DNA from: Thermoplasmata archaeon
GTDB taxonomy: Archaea; Thermoplasmatota; Thermoplasmata; Lutacidiplasmatales; UBA184
Reading direction: 5' to 3'
Assembly (NCBI GenBank): GCA_027314915.1
Contig: DAHUZZ010000004.1
Span: 30,368 to 94,367 of the forward strand
DNA length: 64,000 nucleotides
Within the stretch, counting starts at the first letter, position 1; every line of letters starts with the position of its first letter. The translations under genes and the position numbers were made by a program. Shown one piece after another: positions 34,097-42,966 of the stretch. The notes beneath the pieces are model-generated. The model did no database searches and was not told the origin of the DNA. It worked only from the letters and a program-made list of their open reading frames with translations.

Positions 34097-36880
34097 ATGG
34101 CCGCCGCAACGAGAAAACGGGCCGCGCCGTCGCTCCCCGAATCCCTCCCCCACCCCGGCCGGGGCGGGCGCGAACCGATCAGCGTCCCGAGGCTGGTGCC
34201 GCGCGGGAAGACCGCGTTCGACACCGTGGGGTGGCGGATGCACGACGCCGTCATCCGCTCGGCCGACGGCAAGGTCTTCTTCGAGCTCAAGGGCATCCGG
34301 GCCCCCACGAGCTGGTCCGACACCTCGATCAACATCGCGGCGTCGAAGTACTTCCGGGTGATCCAGGGCCGGCGCGAGAACTCCATCGAGGGGATGATCC
34401 GGCGCGTCTGCCACTGGATCGGGCAGAAGGGCCTCGAGCTCGGCTACCTCGACACCCCCGAGGAGTCGACGCAGCTCGAGGAGTCGCTCTCCTACCTCAT
34501 GGTCCAGCAGATGGCGGCGTTCAACAGCCCCGTCTGGTTCAACGTGGGCGTCCGGAGCCCGCCGCAGTGCTCCGCCTGCTTCATCCAGTCGGTGAAGGAC
34601 GACATGGAATCGATCCTCGCCCTCGCCTCCAGCGAGGGGCGGCTCTTCAAGGGCGGGAGCGGCACCGGCAGCAACCTGTCCCCGCTCCGGGGCAGCCACG
34701 AGAAGCTCGCGGGCGGCGGGATCGCGAGCGGGCCGGTCTCCTTCATGCGCGCCTTCGACGCGCTCGCCGGCGTCATCAAGAGCGGGGGGACCACCCGTCG
34801 CGCCGCCAAGATGGTCATCCTCAACATGGACCACCCCGACATCGTCGACTTCATCGACTGCAAGGTGAAGGAGGAGGACAAGGCCCTCGCCCTCATCCGG
34901 GAGGGGTACTCCTCGAACTTCGACGGCACCGACCCCGACTCCGCCTACGCCTCCATCGCCTACCAGAACGCGAACCACTCCGTCCGGGTCCCCGACGCCT
35001 TCATGGACGCGGTCCAGCGGGACGGGGAGTGGAAGACCTACAACCGGACCGACCACACGGTCGCCCACACCTACCCGGCGCGCGAACTGTGGCGGAAGCT
35101 CGCCTACGCGGCCTGGCGATGCGGCGACCCCGGCGTCCAGTTCGACGACCTCACCAACGACTGGCACACGAGCCCGATGGGGGGACGGATCAACGCCTCC
35201 AACCCGTGCAGCGAGTACCTGTTCCTCGACGACACGGCCTGCAACCTCTCGTCGATCAACCTGATGCGGTTCCTCTCCGAGGACGGCACGTTCGACCTCC
35301 CGCTCTTCCAGGCCACGGTGCGGACGATGATCCTCGCCATGGAGATCCTGGTGGACGCGTCGAGCTACCCCACCGCCTCCATCGCGCAGAACTCCCACGA
35401 CTACCGGCCGCTCGGGCTCGGCTACGCGAACCTGGGGGCGCTCCTCATGCACCACGGGCTCGCCTACGACTCCGAGGCGGGCCGCTCGCTCGCGGGTGCC
35501 CTCTCCGCCGTGCTGTCGGCGGAGGGCTACCACATGTCCGCCGAGATCGCCCGCCGGATGGGCCCGTTCCCCGGGTTCGACAAGAACCGGGGCCCGATGA
35601 TCCGCGTGATGGGCAAGCACGCGAGCTCCGCCGAGAAGATCGCCGAGAACGACGCCCGGCTCGGCGCCTACCGCGCCGCCGCCATCGACCGGTGGCGGGA
35701 GACGGTGAAGGCCGGCGAGCTCTGGGGGTACCGGAACGCCCAGATCTCGGTCATCGCCCCGACCGGCACGATCGGGCTCCTCATGGGCTGCGACACCCTC
35801 GGGCTCGAGCCGGAGCTCTCCCTCGTCAAGGTGAAGAACCTCGTCGGCGGCGGCCAGATGCGGATGGTGAACCGCACCGCCGAGGACGCGCTGGTGAGCC
35901 TGGGCTACCCCAAGGAGGCCCGCGAGGCGATCCGGAAGCACATCGAGGAGCGCGGCACGATCGAGGGGGCGCCGGGCCTCAAGGACGCGGACCTTCCGGT
36001 CTTCGACTGCGCCCTCGCGCCGGCCGGTGGCCAGAGGACCATCGCGCCGATGGGCCACCTGCTCATGCTCGGGGCGGTCCAGCCGTTCCTCTCCGGCGGC
36101 GCCTCGAAGACGATCAACCTGCCCCACGACGCGACGGTCGAGGAGATCGAGAAGATCTACCTCGAGGCGTGGCGGCACGGGATCAAGTCGGTCGCGCTCT
36201 ACCGCGACGGCTGCAAGGCGAGCCAGCCCTACGAGACGGGCAAGGGCCGCTCGGCGGCCGGGGTGGGCGGCGTGCGCCCCGCCCAGCGGGAGCGGCTACC
36301 GGACGCCCGGCAGGCCATCACCCACCACTTCCAGGTCGGCGGCCACGACGGCTACATCACGGTCGGCCTCTACCCCGACGGACGGCCCGGCGAGATGTTC
36401 TTCCGGGTCACGAAGGAGGGGTCGACGGTGAACGGCCTCATGGACTCCCTCGGGATCTCCATGTCGATGGCGCTCCAGCACGGGGTGCCGTTGAGGGACC
36501 TGGTCCGGAAGCTCGCCCACATGCGGTTCGAGCCGGCCGGGGCGACCAACAACCCCAAGATCCGGTTCGCGAAGTCGATCCCCGACTACGTGGCGCGCTG
36601 GCTCGCGAACGAGTTCCTGACGGAGGAGGACCGGCGGGCGATCGGGCTCGAGCCCGCGTCCGAGAACGGCAACGGGCACCCCGCCGTCGCGGCGAAACCG
36701 GCGGTCCCCGCCTCGGTCGTGAAGTTCGAGACCAAACCGCTCGACTCCTTCGACCGCCCGCGGGAGGGTGGCGGGATCAGCGAGGATGCTCCGAGCTGCC
36801 ACGTCTGCGGCGGGATCATGGTCCGGTCGGGCACCTGCTACGCCTGCACGGTCTGCGGCGCCACGAGCGGCTGCTCGTAG
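34097..36880 (+). CDS. nrdJ: Class II (adenosylcobalamin-dependent) ribonucleotide reductase
   Basis: 927 aa. NPCSEYLFLDDTACNLSSINL active-site region, with the C-terminal zinc ribbon CHVCGGIMVRSGTCYACTVCG. No intein. Confidence 0.9.
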   Translation: MAAATRKRAAPSLPESLPHPGRGGREPISVPRLVPRGKTAFDTVGWRMHDAVIRSADGKVFFELKGIRAPTSWSDTSINIAASKYFRVIQGRRENSIEGMIRRVCHWIGQKGLELGYLDTPEESTQLEESLSYLMVQQMAAFNSPVWFNVGVRSPPQCSACFIQSVKDDMESILALASSEGRLFKGGSGTGSNLSPLRGSHEKLAGGGIASGPVSFMRAFDALAGVIKSGGTTRRAAKMVILNMDHPDIVDFIDCKVKEEDKALALIREGYSSNFDGTDPDSAYASIAYQNANHSVRVPDAFMDAVQRDGEWKTYNRTDHTVAHTYPARELWRKLAYAAWRCGDPGVQFDDLTNDWHTSPMGGRINASNPCSEYLFLDDTACNLSSINLMRFLSEDGTFDLPLFQATVRTMILAMEILVDASSYPTASIAQNSHDYRPLGLGYANLGALLMHHGLAYDSEAGRSLAGALSAVLSAEGYHMSAEIARRMGPFPGFDKNRGPMIRVMGKHASSAEKIAENDARLGAYRAAAIDRWRETVKAGELWGYRNAQISVIAPTGTIGLLMGCDTLGLEPELSLVKVKNLVGGGQMRMVNRTAEDALVSLGYPKEAREAIRKHIEERGTIEGAPGLKDADLPVFDCALAPAGGQRTIAPMGHLLMLGAVQPFLSGGASKTINLPHDATVEEIEKIYLEAWRHGIKSVALYRDGCKASQPYETGKGRSAAGVGGVRPAQRERLPDARQAITHHFQVGGHDGYITVGLYPDGRPGEMFFRVTKEGSTVNGLMDSLGISMSMALQHGVPLRDLVRKLAHMRFEPAGATNNPKIRFAKSIPDYVARWLANEFLTEEDRRAIGLEPASENGNGHPAVAAKPAVPASVVKFETKPLDSFDRPREGGGISEDAPSCHVCGGIMVRSGTCYACTVCGATSGCS

Positions 36881-37311
36881 CCCGGCGCCCGCCGCGGCTC
36901 CGGACGGGGACGGCCCGCGGCGCCGGCCCCTCCCGCCCCGCGCCGGGGAGGGACCGGCCCGATCATGGAGACCACCGTGGTCGCGGTGAGGCTGTTCCGG
37001 GTGGCCCAGGCCTCGAGCCCCTCGAAGAGCGGCATGAGCTCTCGGACCTTGGTGGTGGGCTCGTACTCGACCCGGGGCGGGATCTCGCTGTAGGCATGGC
37101 GCGCGAGGAAGCCGCCCTGGACGAGGGCGCGGAGCCGCGCGCTGAGCGTCTTCGGAGGGATGTCGAGCCGACTCTGGAGCTCGGTGAACCTGAGCGGCGC
37201 CGGGGCGGAGGCGAACAGGTGGAGGAGCGAGAGCATGTGCGGCTGCCCGAGCATCGCGAACAGATCGCCCACCGCGCAGCCGCGCCGCCCCGCCGAAGCC
37301 CCCCGTGGCAT
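36838..37311 (-). CDS. HxlR-family winged-helix transcriptional regulator
   Basis: CAVGDLFAMLGQPHMLSLLHLF ... LRFTELQSRLDIPPKTLSARLRALVQGGFLARHAYSEIPPRVEYEPT. There is a 43-nt convergent overlap with nrdJ. Confidence 0.8.
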   Translation of the reverse strand: MPRGASAGRRGCAVGDLFAMLGQPHMLSLLHLFASAPAPLRFTELQSRLDIPPKTLSARLRALVQGGFLARHAYSEIPPRVEYEPTTKVRELMPLFEGLEAWATRNSLTATTVVSMIGPVPPRRGAGGAGAAGRPRPEPRRAPGYEQPLVAPQTVQA

Positions 37312-37444
37312 GCTTAACGCTATCACAAATGAACTGATATAGTTTCCGCGAAGTACGCGCCCCACAACATCCAGTTTCACGATGGAAAGCGACTTTCTAT
37401 CCGGGTTGTCCCCAGCTAAATACTATCCAGAGTGTATTGATGGC
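37312..37444. promoter_or_regulatory. A/T-rich divergent promoter/operator region (HxlR regulator and LUD-domain gene)
   Basis: Low-GC stretch containing CTATCACAAATGAACTGATATAG (an imperfect palindrome) and AAATACTAT, the latter ~20-27 nt before ATG 37445. Confidence 0.4.
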
Positions 37445-38122
37445 ATGCCCTCCTCGATCCAGCCCGCGACCGCCGGCGACGTCCCGAATCCGCCCCCCGA
37501 ACCCACCCCCAACCCCAAGTTCGCCGTGCTGCCGGGGGAAGCGGCCCTGGATCGCGCCGTGGCCGGCCTGCGGGCCCGCGGGTTCACGACCCACGTCGTG
37601 GACTCCGCCGAGGCGGCCCGGGCGAAGCTCGCGGAGCTCCTGCCCCCGTCCGGGTCGGTCCTCGAGGCCACCTCGCAGACGCTGGTCGCGGCCGGAGTGA
37701 ACTCGGCGTGGCTCGCGGGACGCGGTCTCGACCCGATCCGCCCCCGGCTGGTCGAGCTCCAGAAGGCCGGGCGCGCGACGGAGGCCAAGCAGATCGCGGG
37801 CGCCCCGGACGTGGTCGTCGGGAGCGTCCACGCCATCACGGAAGCGGGCGAGGTGCTCGTCGCGAGCGCGTCGGGCAGCCAGCTCGGCCCCTACGCCTAC
37901 GGGGCGAGCCGGGTGTTCTGGCTCGTCGGCGCGCAGAAGCTCGTGCCGGACCTCCTTGAGGCGGAACGGAGGATCGACGAGTACAGCTTCCCCCTCGAGA
38001 ACCGCCGGGCCCATCAGGCCTACGGGCAGGGCAGCGTCGTGGCGAAGATCCTCCTCTTCCGCCGGGAGCCGGTGGCCGGCCGGAGCACGGTGATCGTGAT
38101 CCGCGATCGGCTCGGGTTCTAG
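37445..38122 (+). CDS. LUD-domain (LutC/YkgG-like) protein
   Basis: 225 aa from MPSSIQP. The pattern VVGSVHAITEAGEVLVASASGSQ ... is typical of the LUD/DUF162 family. The upstream 21 codons of the listed ORF are A/T-rich and look non-coding. Confidence 0.7.
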   Translation: MPSSIQPATAGDVPNPPPEPTPNPKFAVLPGEAALDRAVAGLRARGFTTHVVDSAEAARAKLAELLPPSGSVLEATSQTLVAAGVNSAWLAGRGLDPIRPRLVELQKAGRATEAKQIAGAPDVVVGSVHAITEAGEVLVASASGSQLGPYAYGASRVFWLVGAQKLVPDLLEAERRIDEYSFPLENRRAHQAYGQGSVVAKILLFRREPVAGRSTVIVIRDRLGF

Positions 38123-38517
38123 ACGAGCGCGTAGCGCGCGACCTCGATGAGGTCGCGCACCGCGAGCGTCGACCGGCCGCCGGGCGGACCCCACCGCGCC
38201 TCGATCGCCCCCGAGGGGAAGGCGCCGTCCGCGCCCGCCTCCTCGGAGCTCAGCGTGGGCAGCCCACCCCGCCGGTCGATCTCGAGCAGGACGATGAGGG
38301 CGCCCACGGGCCCGCTCTCGACCTTGAGCAGGTGCCCGCCCGGGGTCGGGCGCTCCTCGATCCGCGCCTCCTCCTCGTGGAGCCGGGCGATCCGGGCGCT
38401 CGAGGGCGCTCCCGGGGGACCCGGGGCCGCCGTCCAGGTCACCTTCGCGCCGGCGTCGCGGAACCGCCGGAGCAGGCCGGGGTCGATCGCGAGCGGCGGG
38501 GGAGCGGGACCGGTCAT
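38119..38517 (-). CDS. Hypothetical protein (132 aa)
   Basis: ATG 38517 overlaps the upstream TGA (ATGA). Good GC3. No recognised domain. Confidence 0.5.
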   Translation of the reverse strand: MTGPAPPPLAIDPGLLRRFRDAGAKVTWTAAPGPPGAPSSARIARLHEEEARIEERPTPGGHLLKVESGPVGALIVLLEIDRRGGLPTLSSEEAGADGAFPSGAIEARWGPPGGRSTLAVRDLIEVARYALV

Positions 38518-39404
38518 ATGGCCACCTTCCGGCCGCGCCAGAGCCGGCAGTCGGGCCGGACCACGCACGGTCCGCAGACCCGGAGATCGGCGCGTTTCGG
38601 GCAGTCCCCCGAGATCCCGGTGTGGCAGAGCACGAAGTCGAAGCGCACCGGGTCGTTCCCGTCGACCTTCCGGAGCGCCGCCGTCACCTCCTCGACGGTC
38701 GCCCAGCTCCGGCTCCGCCGGGCGGTGAGCCCCAGGTGGTAGGCGATCCAGTACACGTGCTGGTCGAGCGGCACCCGGAGGACGGCGGGGGAGACGCCGC
38801 GCCACATGCCGAGGTCGGGGAACTCCGTCCGGACCATCCACCGCACAAAGAGCGTGAGCCGCTTGCACGGGCTCCGGTTCGGGCCGAGCGGGGTCGGGAA
38901 GAGCCGGAGGTAGCCCGGCGGCGGCCGGGGCCCCGGCGTCCCGGGCGCCGGGCCGCGCAGCGCGTGGGCGAGCCGGTCGATCCCGCCGGCGAAGTCCCCC
39001 TCCGGACCGAGGCCGGCCCGGAAGACCTCCTCGAGCGAGCCGGAGCGGGCCCGGATGTCATGGAGCCGGTACCCGAGGTACTCGAGGTGCTCGGCCCGGA
39101 TCCAGCGATGATGGAAGCCCTCGAGGCGAGGGTCCGGGCGGTACTCGCGCGCCGAGTCGACCCAGCCGGCCAGATCGCCCTCCAGCCGTTCGACGAGGTC
39201 GGCGAACGCCCGCCGGATCGACGTCGTGTTGCCCACCGCGATCGTCGCGGCGAGGATGCCGGCCACCTCCGCGTGCCAGGGATCGGTGGCGAGGGGGCGC
39301 ACCCCGCTCAACGGGTCCTCGGCGAGCGAGCGGTCGAACGGGAACCGCCGGTAGAGCGCCCGCAGGTGGCGGGGGAAGTCGGCGCTCGGTCGGTGGACGG
39401 CCAC
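38514..39404 (-). CDS. TIGR02757/DUF2400 family protein
   Basis: CKRLTLFVRWMVR ... DLGMW ... VPLDQHV ... DPVRFDFVLCHTG. GTG 39404 is chosen as the start because the alternative ATG 39515 would overlap the divergent gene. Confidence 0.7.
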   Translation of the reverse strand: MAVHRPSADFPRHLRALYRRFPFDRSLAEDPLSGVRPLATDPWHAEVAGILAATIAVGNTTSIRRAFADLVERLEGDLAGWVDSAREYRPDPRLEGFHHRWIRAEHLEYLGYRLHDIRARSGSLEEVFRAGLGPEGDFAGGIDRLAHALRGPAPGTPGPRPPPGYLRLFPTPLGPNRSPCKRLTLFVRWMVRTEFPDLGMWRGVSPAVLRVPLDQHVYWIAYHLGLTARRSRSWATVEEVTAALRKVDGNDPVRFDFVLCHTGISGDCPKRADLRVCGPCVVRPDCRLWRGRKVAI

Positions 39405-39504
39405 CTTCGTACGACCCGGCGCAGGGTTATTCCTCCTTCCCTCCCGCGGGCGGCCGGACGCCCCCAGGCCTGACGGTAAGTAGGCCGGCGGGGGTGGCTC
39501 GTCC

Positions 39505-40284
39505 GTGGCCAGCATCGTCCGGCCCGGGATCGACCCGGTCTGGCTCGACCGGCTCTTCCGGGAGCGGCCGGCCGACCATGCCCTCGCGGTGTGGGACCGG
39601 AACGTCTGGCCGGAGGCGGTCGAGTTCCTCACGCTGGAGGAGGAGGGACGGCCCTCGGCCTACCTCCTCATCTGGAAGGGGCTCCCCGACTGCCCGGTCC
39701 TCCACTGGCTCGGGGCGGCGCGGGACCCCGCTCCGCTGCTCGACCGGTTCCCCGATCGGCCCTTCCTGGCGATCGTCCCCCCCGAGCTCGCGCCGCGGGT
39801 CGCGGAGCTCGGGGCCCCGGCCGAGAGCTATCCGCTCCACCTCCGGGAGCGGCCGCAGCAGCTCCCCGTACCGACGACCCGGCCGACCCGGCGGCTCGGC
39901 GCGGGGGACGTCCCGGCGCTCCACGACCTCGCGAACTCGGACCGCAGCACCGTCACCGACACCTACCTCGCGGTCCCGCCGGAGCGGGACTGGGTCGTCG
40001 GGGGATTCGACGGGGGGGCGCTCGTCGCGGTCGCCCGGGCGGAGGTCCGCCTCCCGACCGTCTGGCACGTCTCGGGCGTCTACACGCGCCCGGCGGCCCG
40101 GGGCGCCGGCTGGGGTCGCGCGGTGGTCGCCGAGCTGATCCGGGCGGCGGCCGCGAACGGCGCCGCCACCGCGCTCTTCGTGCGGGACGACAACGGGCCC
40201 GCCCGGGCGGTCTACGACCATCTGGGCTACGACCTGGGCGGGGCGCGGGTCTGGGTGGACGCCGGGGCGCATCGCGCCCCGTAG
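39505..40284 (+). CDS. GNAT-family acetyltransferase
   Basis: The C-terminal domain carries VSGVYTRPAARGAGWGRAVVAELI ... FVRDDNGPARAVYDHLGY. Confidence 0.7.
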   Translation: MASIVRPGIDPVWLDRLFRERPADHALAVWDRNVWPEAVEFLTLEEEGRPSAYLLIWKGLPDCPVLHWLGAARDPAPLLDRFPDRPFLAIVPPELAPRVAELGAPAESYPLHLRERPQQLPVPTTRPTRRLGAGDVPALHDLANSDRSTVTDTYLAVPPERDWVVGGFDGGALVAVARAEVRLPTVWHVSGVYTRPAARGAGWGRAVVAELIRAAAANGAATALFVRDDNGPARAVYDHLGYDLGGARVWVDAGAHRAP

Positions 40285-40294
40285 CGGCGCGGGG

Positions 40295-41179
40295 CTACCG
40301 GCGGCGGGCCGCGACGATGAACCCGTGGCCCGTCTCGCCGACCCCGGGTCGGCGGCCCACCTGCTCCTCGATCCGGAGGAGGTTGCCCCACGCCCGCCGG
40401 TCCCTCCGGGCCACCCGGGCCACGCGGTCGTGGTGGGAGGCGAGGGGACCCACGGCCATCACGTCCTCGACCCGGAAGCCGGCCCGGGTCAGCGCGCGCC
40501 GCGCCCCGTCGGGCGTGTAGTACTGGAACTCCCAGCTCGAGAGGCGCTCGGGACGGTAGGGCTGGTAGCCGGACCGGAGCGCCTGGTCGACGAGGTAGAA
40601 GGCCGGGCGTCGGAGGACCTTGAGCAGCAGCTTGCGCCGGGCGGCCACGTGGAAGAACTCCTCCACCGACGCGGCGGGGGAGGCGAAGTCGGCCACGAGG
40701 AGCGCACCGGGCCGGGTCACGCGACGGATCTCGCGGAGCATCGCCGGACCCTCGCGGGCCGCCATGCAGACCACGTTGCCGATCACCACCGCGACGTCGA
40801 CGCTCCCGTTACGGAGCGGCAGGTGCTCCCCCGCCGCCCGCAGCCACGCGGTGCGCCCCGCGCGGGGGTTCCGGCGGAGCCTTCGTCGGGCCGCCAGCAG
40901 GATCGGGCGCGAAAGGTCGGCCGCCAGGAGCCGGCCGGGCCGGGCCGCGAGGAGCGCGGGAGTGAACCGGCCCGGGCCCGGCCCGAGCTCCAGGAGGACC
41001 GGGGGGGCGCGGGGGAGATGGAGCGCGAGGAACCGCTCCCGCAGCTCGCGCTGGAGGAGCCGGCGCGGCTCCCCGCCGTACCGGCGATACTCGCGGGTCG
41101 CGCGCTGGTCGAAGGAGGCCCGGAGCTGGCGGCGGCGGGCGGGGGCGCTCCCGGCGACCCTCCGAAGTTTCGATGCCAT
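40295..41179 (-). CDS. Class I SAM-dependent methyltransferase
   Basis: Motif I LLELGPGPGRFT, with post-I LAADLS and later VDVAVVIGNV. Confidence 0.8.
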   Translation of the reverse strand: MASKLRRVAGSAPARRRQLRASFDQRATREYRRYGGEPRRLLQRELRERFLALHLPRAPPVLLELGPGPGRFTPALLAARPGRLLAADLSRPILLAARRRLRRNPRAGRTAWLRAAGEHLPLRNGSVDVAVVIGNVVCMAAREGPAMLREIRRVTRPGALLVADFASPAASVEEFFHVAARRKLLLKVLRRPAFYLVDQALRSGYQPYRPERLSSWEFQYYTPDGARRALTRAGFRVEDVMAVGPLASHHDRVARVARRDRRAWGNLLRIEEQVGRRPGVGETGHGFIVAARRR

Positions 41180-41280
41180 GGTGCCGCCGCGGAGGGGCCG
41201 GAGCCCCGGGCCGCAGATACCTGCTCCGGGGCGGGCCGGACCGCTTATTCCTCCGGCGCCCTGCCGGAGGCCGGGCGGCC

Positions 41281-42966
41281 GTGTCGAAGAACGCGGAGCT
41301 GGTCCGGATCTTCGTCTCGATCGGGGATCTCCTCGACCTGATCGGCGAGGAGCGGTTCAAGCCCGAAGCGTACCGCCGGGCCGCGCGCTCGCTCGAGTCG
41401 CTGGGCGAGGACATCCAGAAGGTCTCCGACCGCGGCGGGCTCGACGACATCCCCGGGGTCGGCGAGGCGATCGCCGAGAAGATCCGGGAGTACCTCGGGA
41501 CGGGGAAGATCGCCTACTACGACCGGCTCCGCGCCCAGGTGCCGCCCGGGCTGCTCACTCTCATGCAGATCCCGGGCGTCGGGCCGAAGACGACCCGCCG
41601 GTTCTGGATCGAGCTCCAGGTCGAGGAGCCCCGGGGGCTCTCGCAGGCGATCGCCGAGGGGCGGCTGACCGGGATGCCGGGCTTCGGGCCGCGCAAGATC
41701 GAGATCCTGACGGAGGGGCTGAAGGGGCTCGGCGCGGCGCCCGGGGGCGCGGGGGAGCGCCATCCCGTCGTGGTGGCCTGGGAGCTCGCGGAGCGGGTCG
41801 CCTCCGACCTCCGGCGGGCCGCGCCCGTGAAGGAGCTCGTCATCGCCGGCTCGCTGAGGAGGGCGCGCGAGACGATCGGCGACATCGACCTCCTCGCCAC
41901 CTCCTCGGAGCCGGAGAAGGTCTTCGACGCGTTCAGCCACCTCGACGGGATCCGGGAGGTCCGGCTCCGGGGCGAGACGAAGGAGACCGTCCTCTTCGAC
42001 CCCGGCATCCAGATCGATCTGCGGGTGGTCGCCCCGGAGAGCTACGGCGCCGCGCTGCAGTACTTCACCGGCTCGAAGGACCACAACATCCGGCTCCGGA
42101 CCCTCGCCCGGGACCGGGGGCTCAAGATCAACGAGTACGGCGTGATGCGGGGCGACACCCGCATCGCCGGCCTCACGGAGGAGGAGGTCTACGCCGCCCT
42201 CGACCTCCCCTTCATCCCGGCGGAGATCCGGGAGAACCGAGGCGAGATCGAGGCCGCGCTGGAGCGGCGGGTCCCCCCGCTCGTCGAGCTCCCCCAGGTG
42301 ACGTGCGACCTGCACCTCCACTGGGAGGATCCGGCGAAGGAGCTGCCCGGCCCGTGGATCGACGCGGCGCACGCGCTCGGGCTCCGCCACCTGGGCGTGG
42401 TGCTTCCCGAGTCCGACGGCGCGCGCGAGATGGCCCGCGGGCTCCGCACGCGCTGGCGGGAGGCCGATCCCCGCTCCACGGTCGGGCTCCTCGTGGGGCT
42501 CGAACGGCCTGAGGGGACGGGCCCGGTCCTGCCGGAGGGGTTCGACTACCTCGCCCTGGCCGCGGGTCCGGGCGACCCGCCCCCGATCGAACCCCCCGGG
42601 CCGGTCCCCCTCTTCGTGGGGCACCTGCCCCCGCCGGGCCAGGAGCCGCGCCACCGCTGGATCGCCTGGGCCCAGCGGGAGAAGGTCGGGCTCGAGCTCA
42701 CGCCGGACCCGACGGCGGAGGGGCTGGACAGCGGCGACGCGCAACGCGTCGTGGCCGGGGAGGGACGGCTCTTCGTGACCTCGGCCGCCCGGCGCCCCGC
42801 CGAGCTGCACCGGATCGAGCTCGCCGTCCGGCTCGCCCGGCGGGGATGGGTCCCCCCCGGAGCCGTGGGCAACACCCGGGACCCGGGAACGCCCTCCGCG
42901 TCCCCGGCGGCGCGTCGCCGCCCCAGGGCACGGCGGGGCCGAGCCCCCGGGACTAGGAGATCGTGA
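41281..42966 (+). CDS. polX: Family X DNA polymerase with a C-terminal PHP-like domain
   Basis: HhH motifs (IPGVGEAIAEKI, IPGVGPKTTRRF), catalytic GSLRRARETIGDIDLL ... QIDLRVV, then DLHLHW. The start is GTG 41281 (SKNAELVRIF). Confidence 0.85.
   Translation: MSKNAELVRIFVSIGDLLDLIGEERFKPEAYRRAARSLESLGEDIQKVSDRGGLDDIPGVGEAIAEKIREYLGTGKIAYYDRLRAQVPPGLLTLMQIPGVGPKTTRRFWIELQVEEPRGLSQAIAEGRLTGMPGFGPRKIEILTEGLKGLGAAPGGAGERHPVVVAWELAERVASDLRRAAPVKELVIAGSLRRARETIGDIDLLATSSEPEKVFDAFSHLDGIREVRLRGETKETVLFDPGIQIDLRVVAPESYGAALQYFTGSKDHNIRLRTLARDRGLKINEYGVMRGDTRIAGLTEEEVYAALDLPFIPAEIRENRGEIEAALERRVPPLVELPQVTCDLHLHWEDPAKELPGPWIDAAHALGLRHLGVVLPESDGAREMARGLRTRWREADPRSTVGLLVGLERPEGTGPVLPEGFDYLALAAGPGDPPPIEPPGPVPLFVGHLPPPGQEPRHRWIAWAQREKVGLELTPDPTAEGLDSGDAQRVVAGEGRLFVTSAARRPAELHRIELAVRLARRGWVPPGAVGNTRDPGTPSASPAARRRPRARRGRAPGTRRS

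Noticed and set aside
34030-37317. 1095-aa ORF in an alternative plus frame over nrdJ.
   Set aside because: The frame starting at 34088/34097 encodes an unmistakable class II RNR. The alternative frame is R/P/G-rich and has poor GC3.
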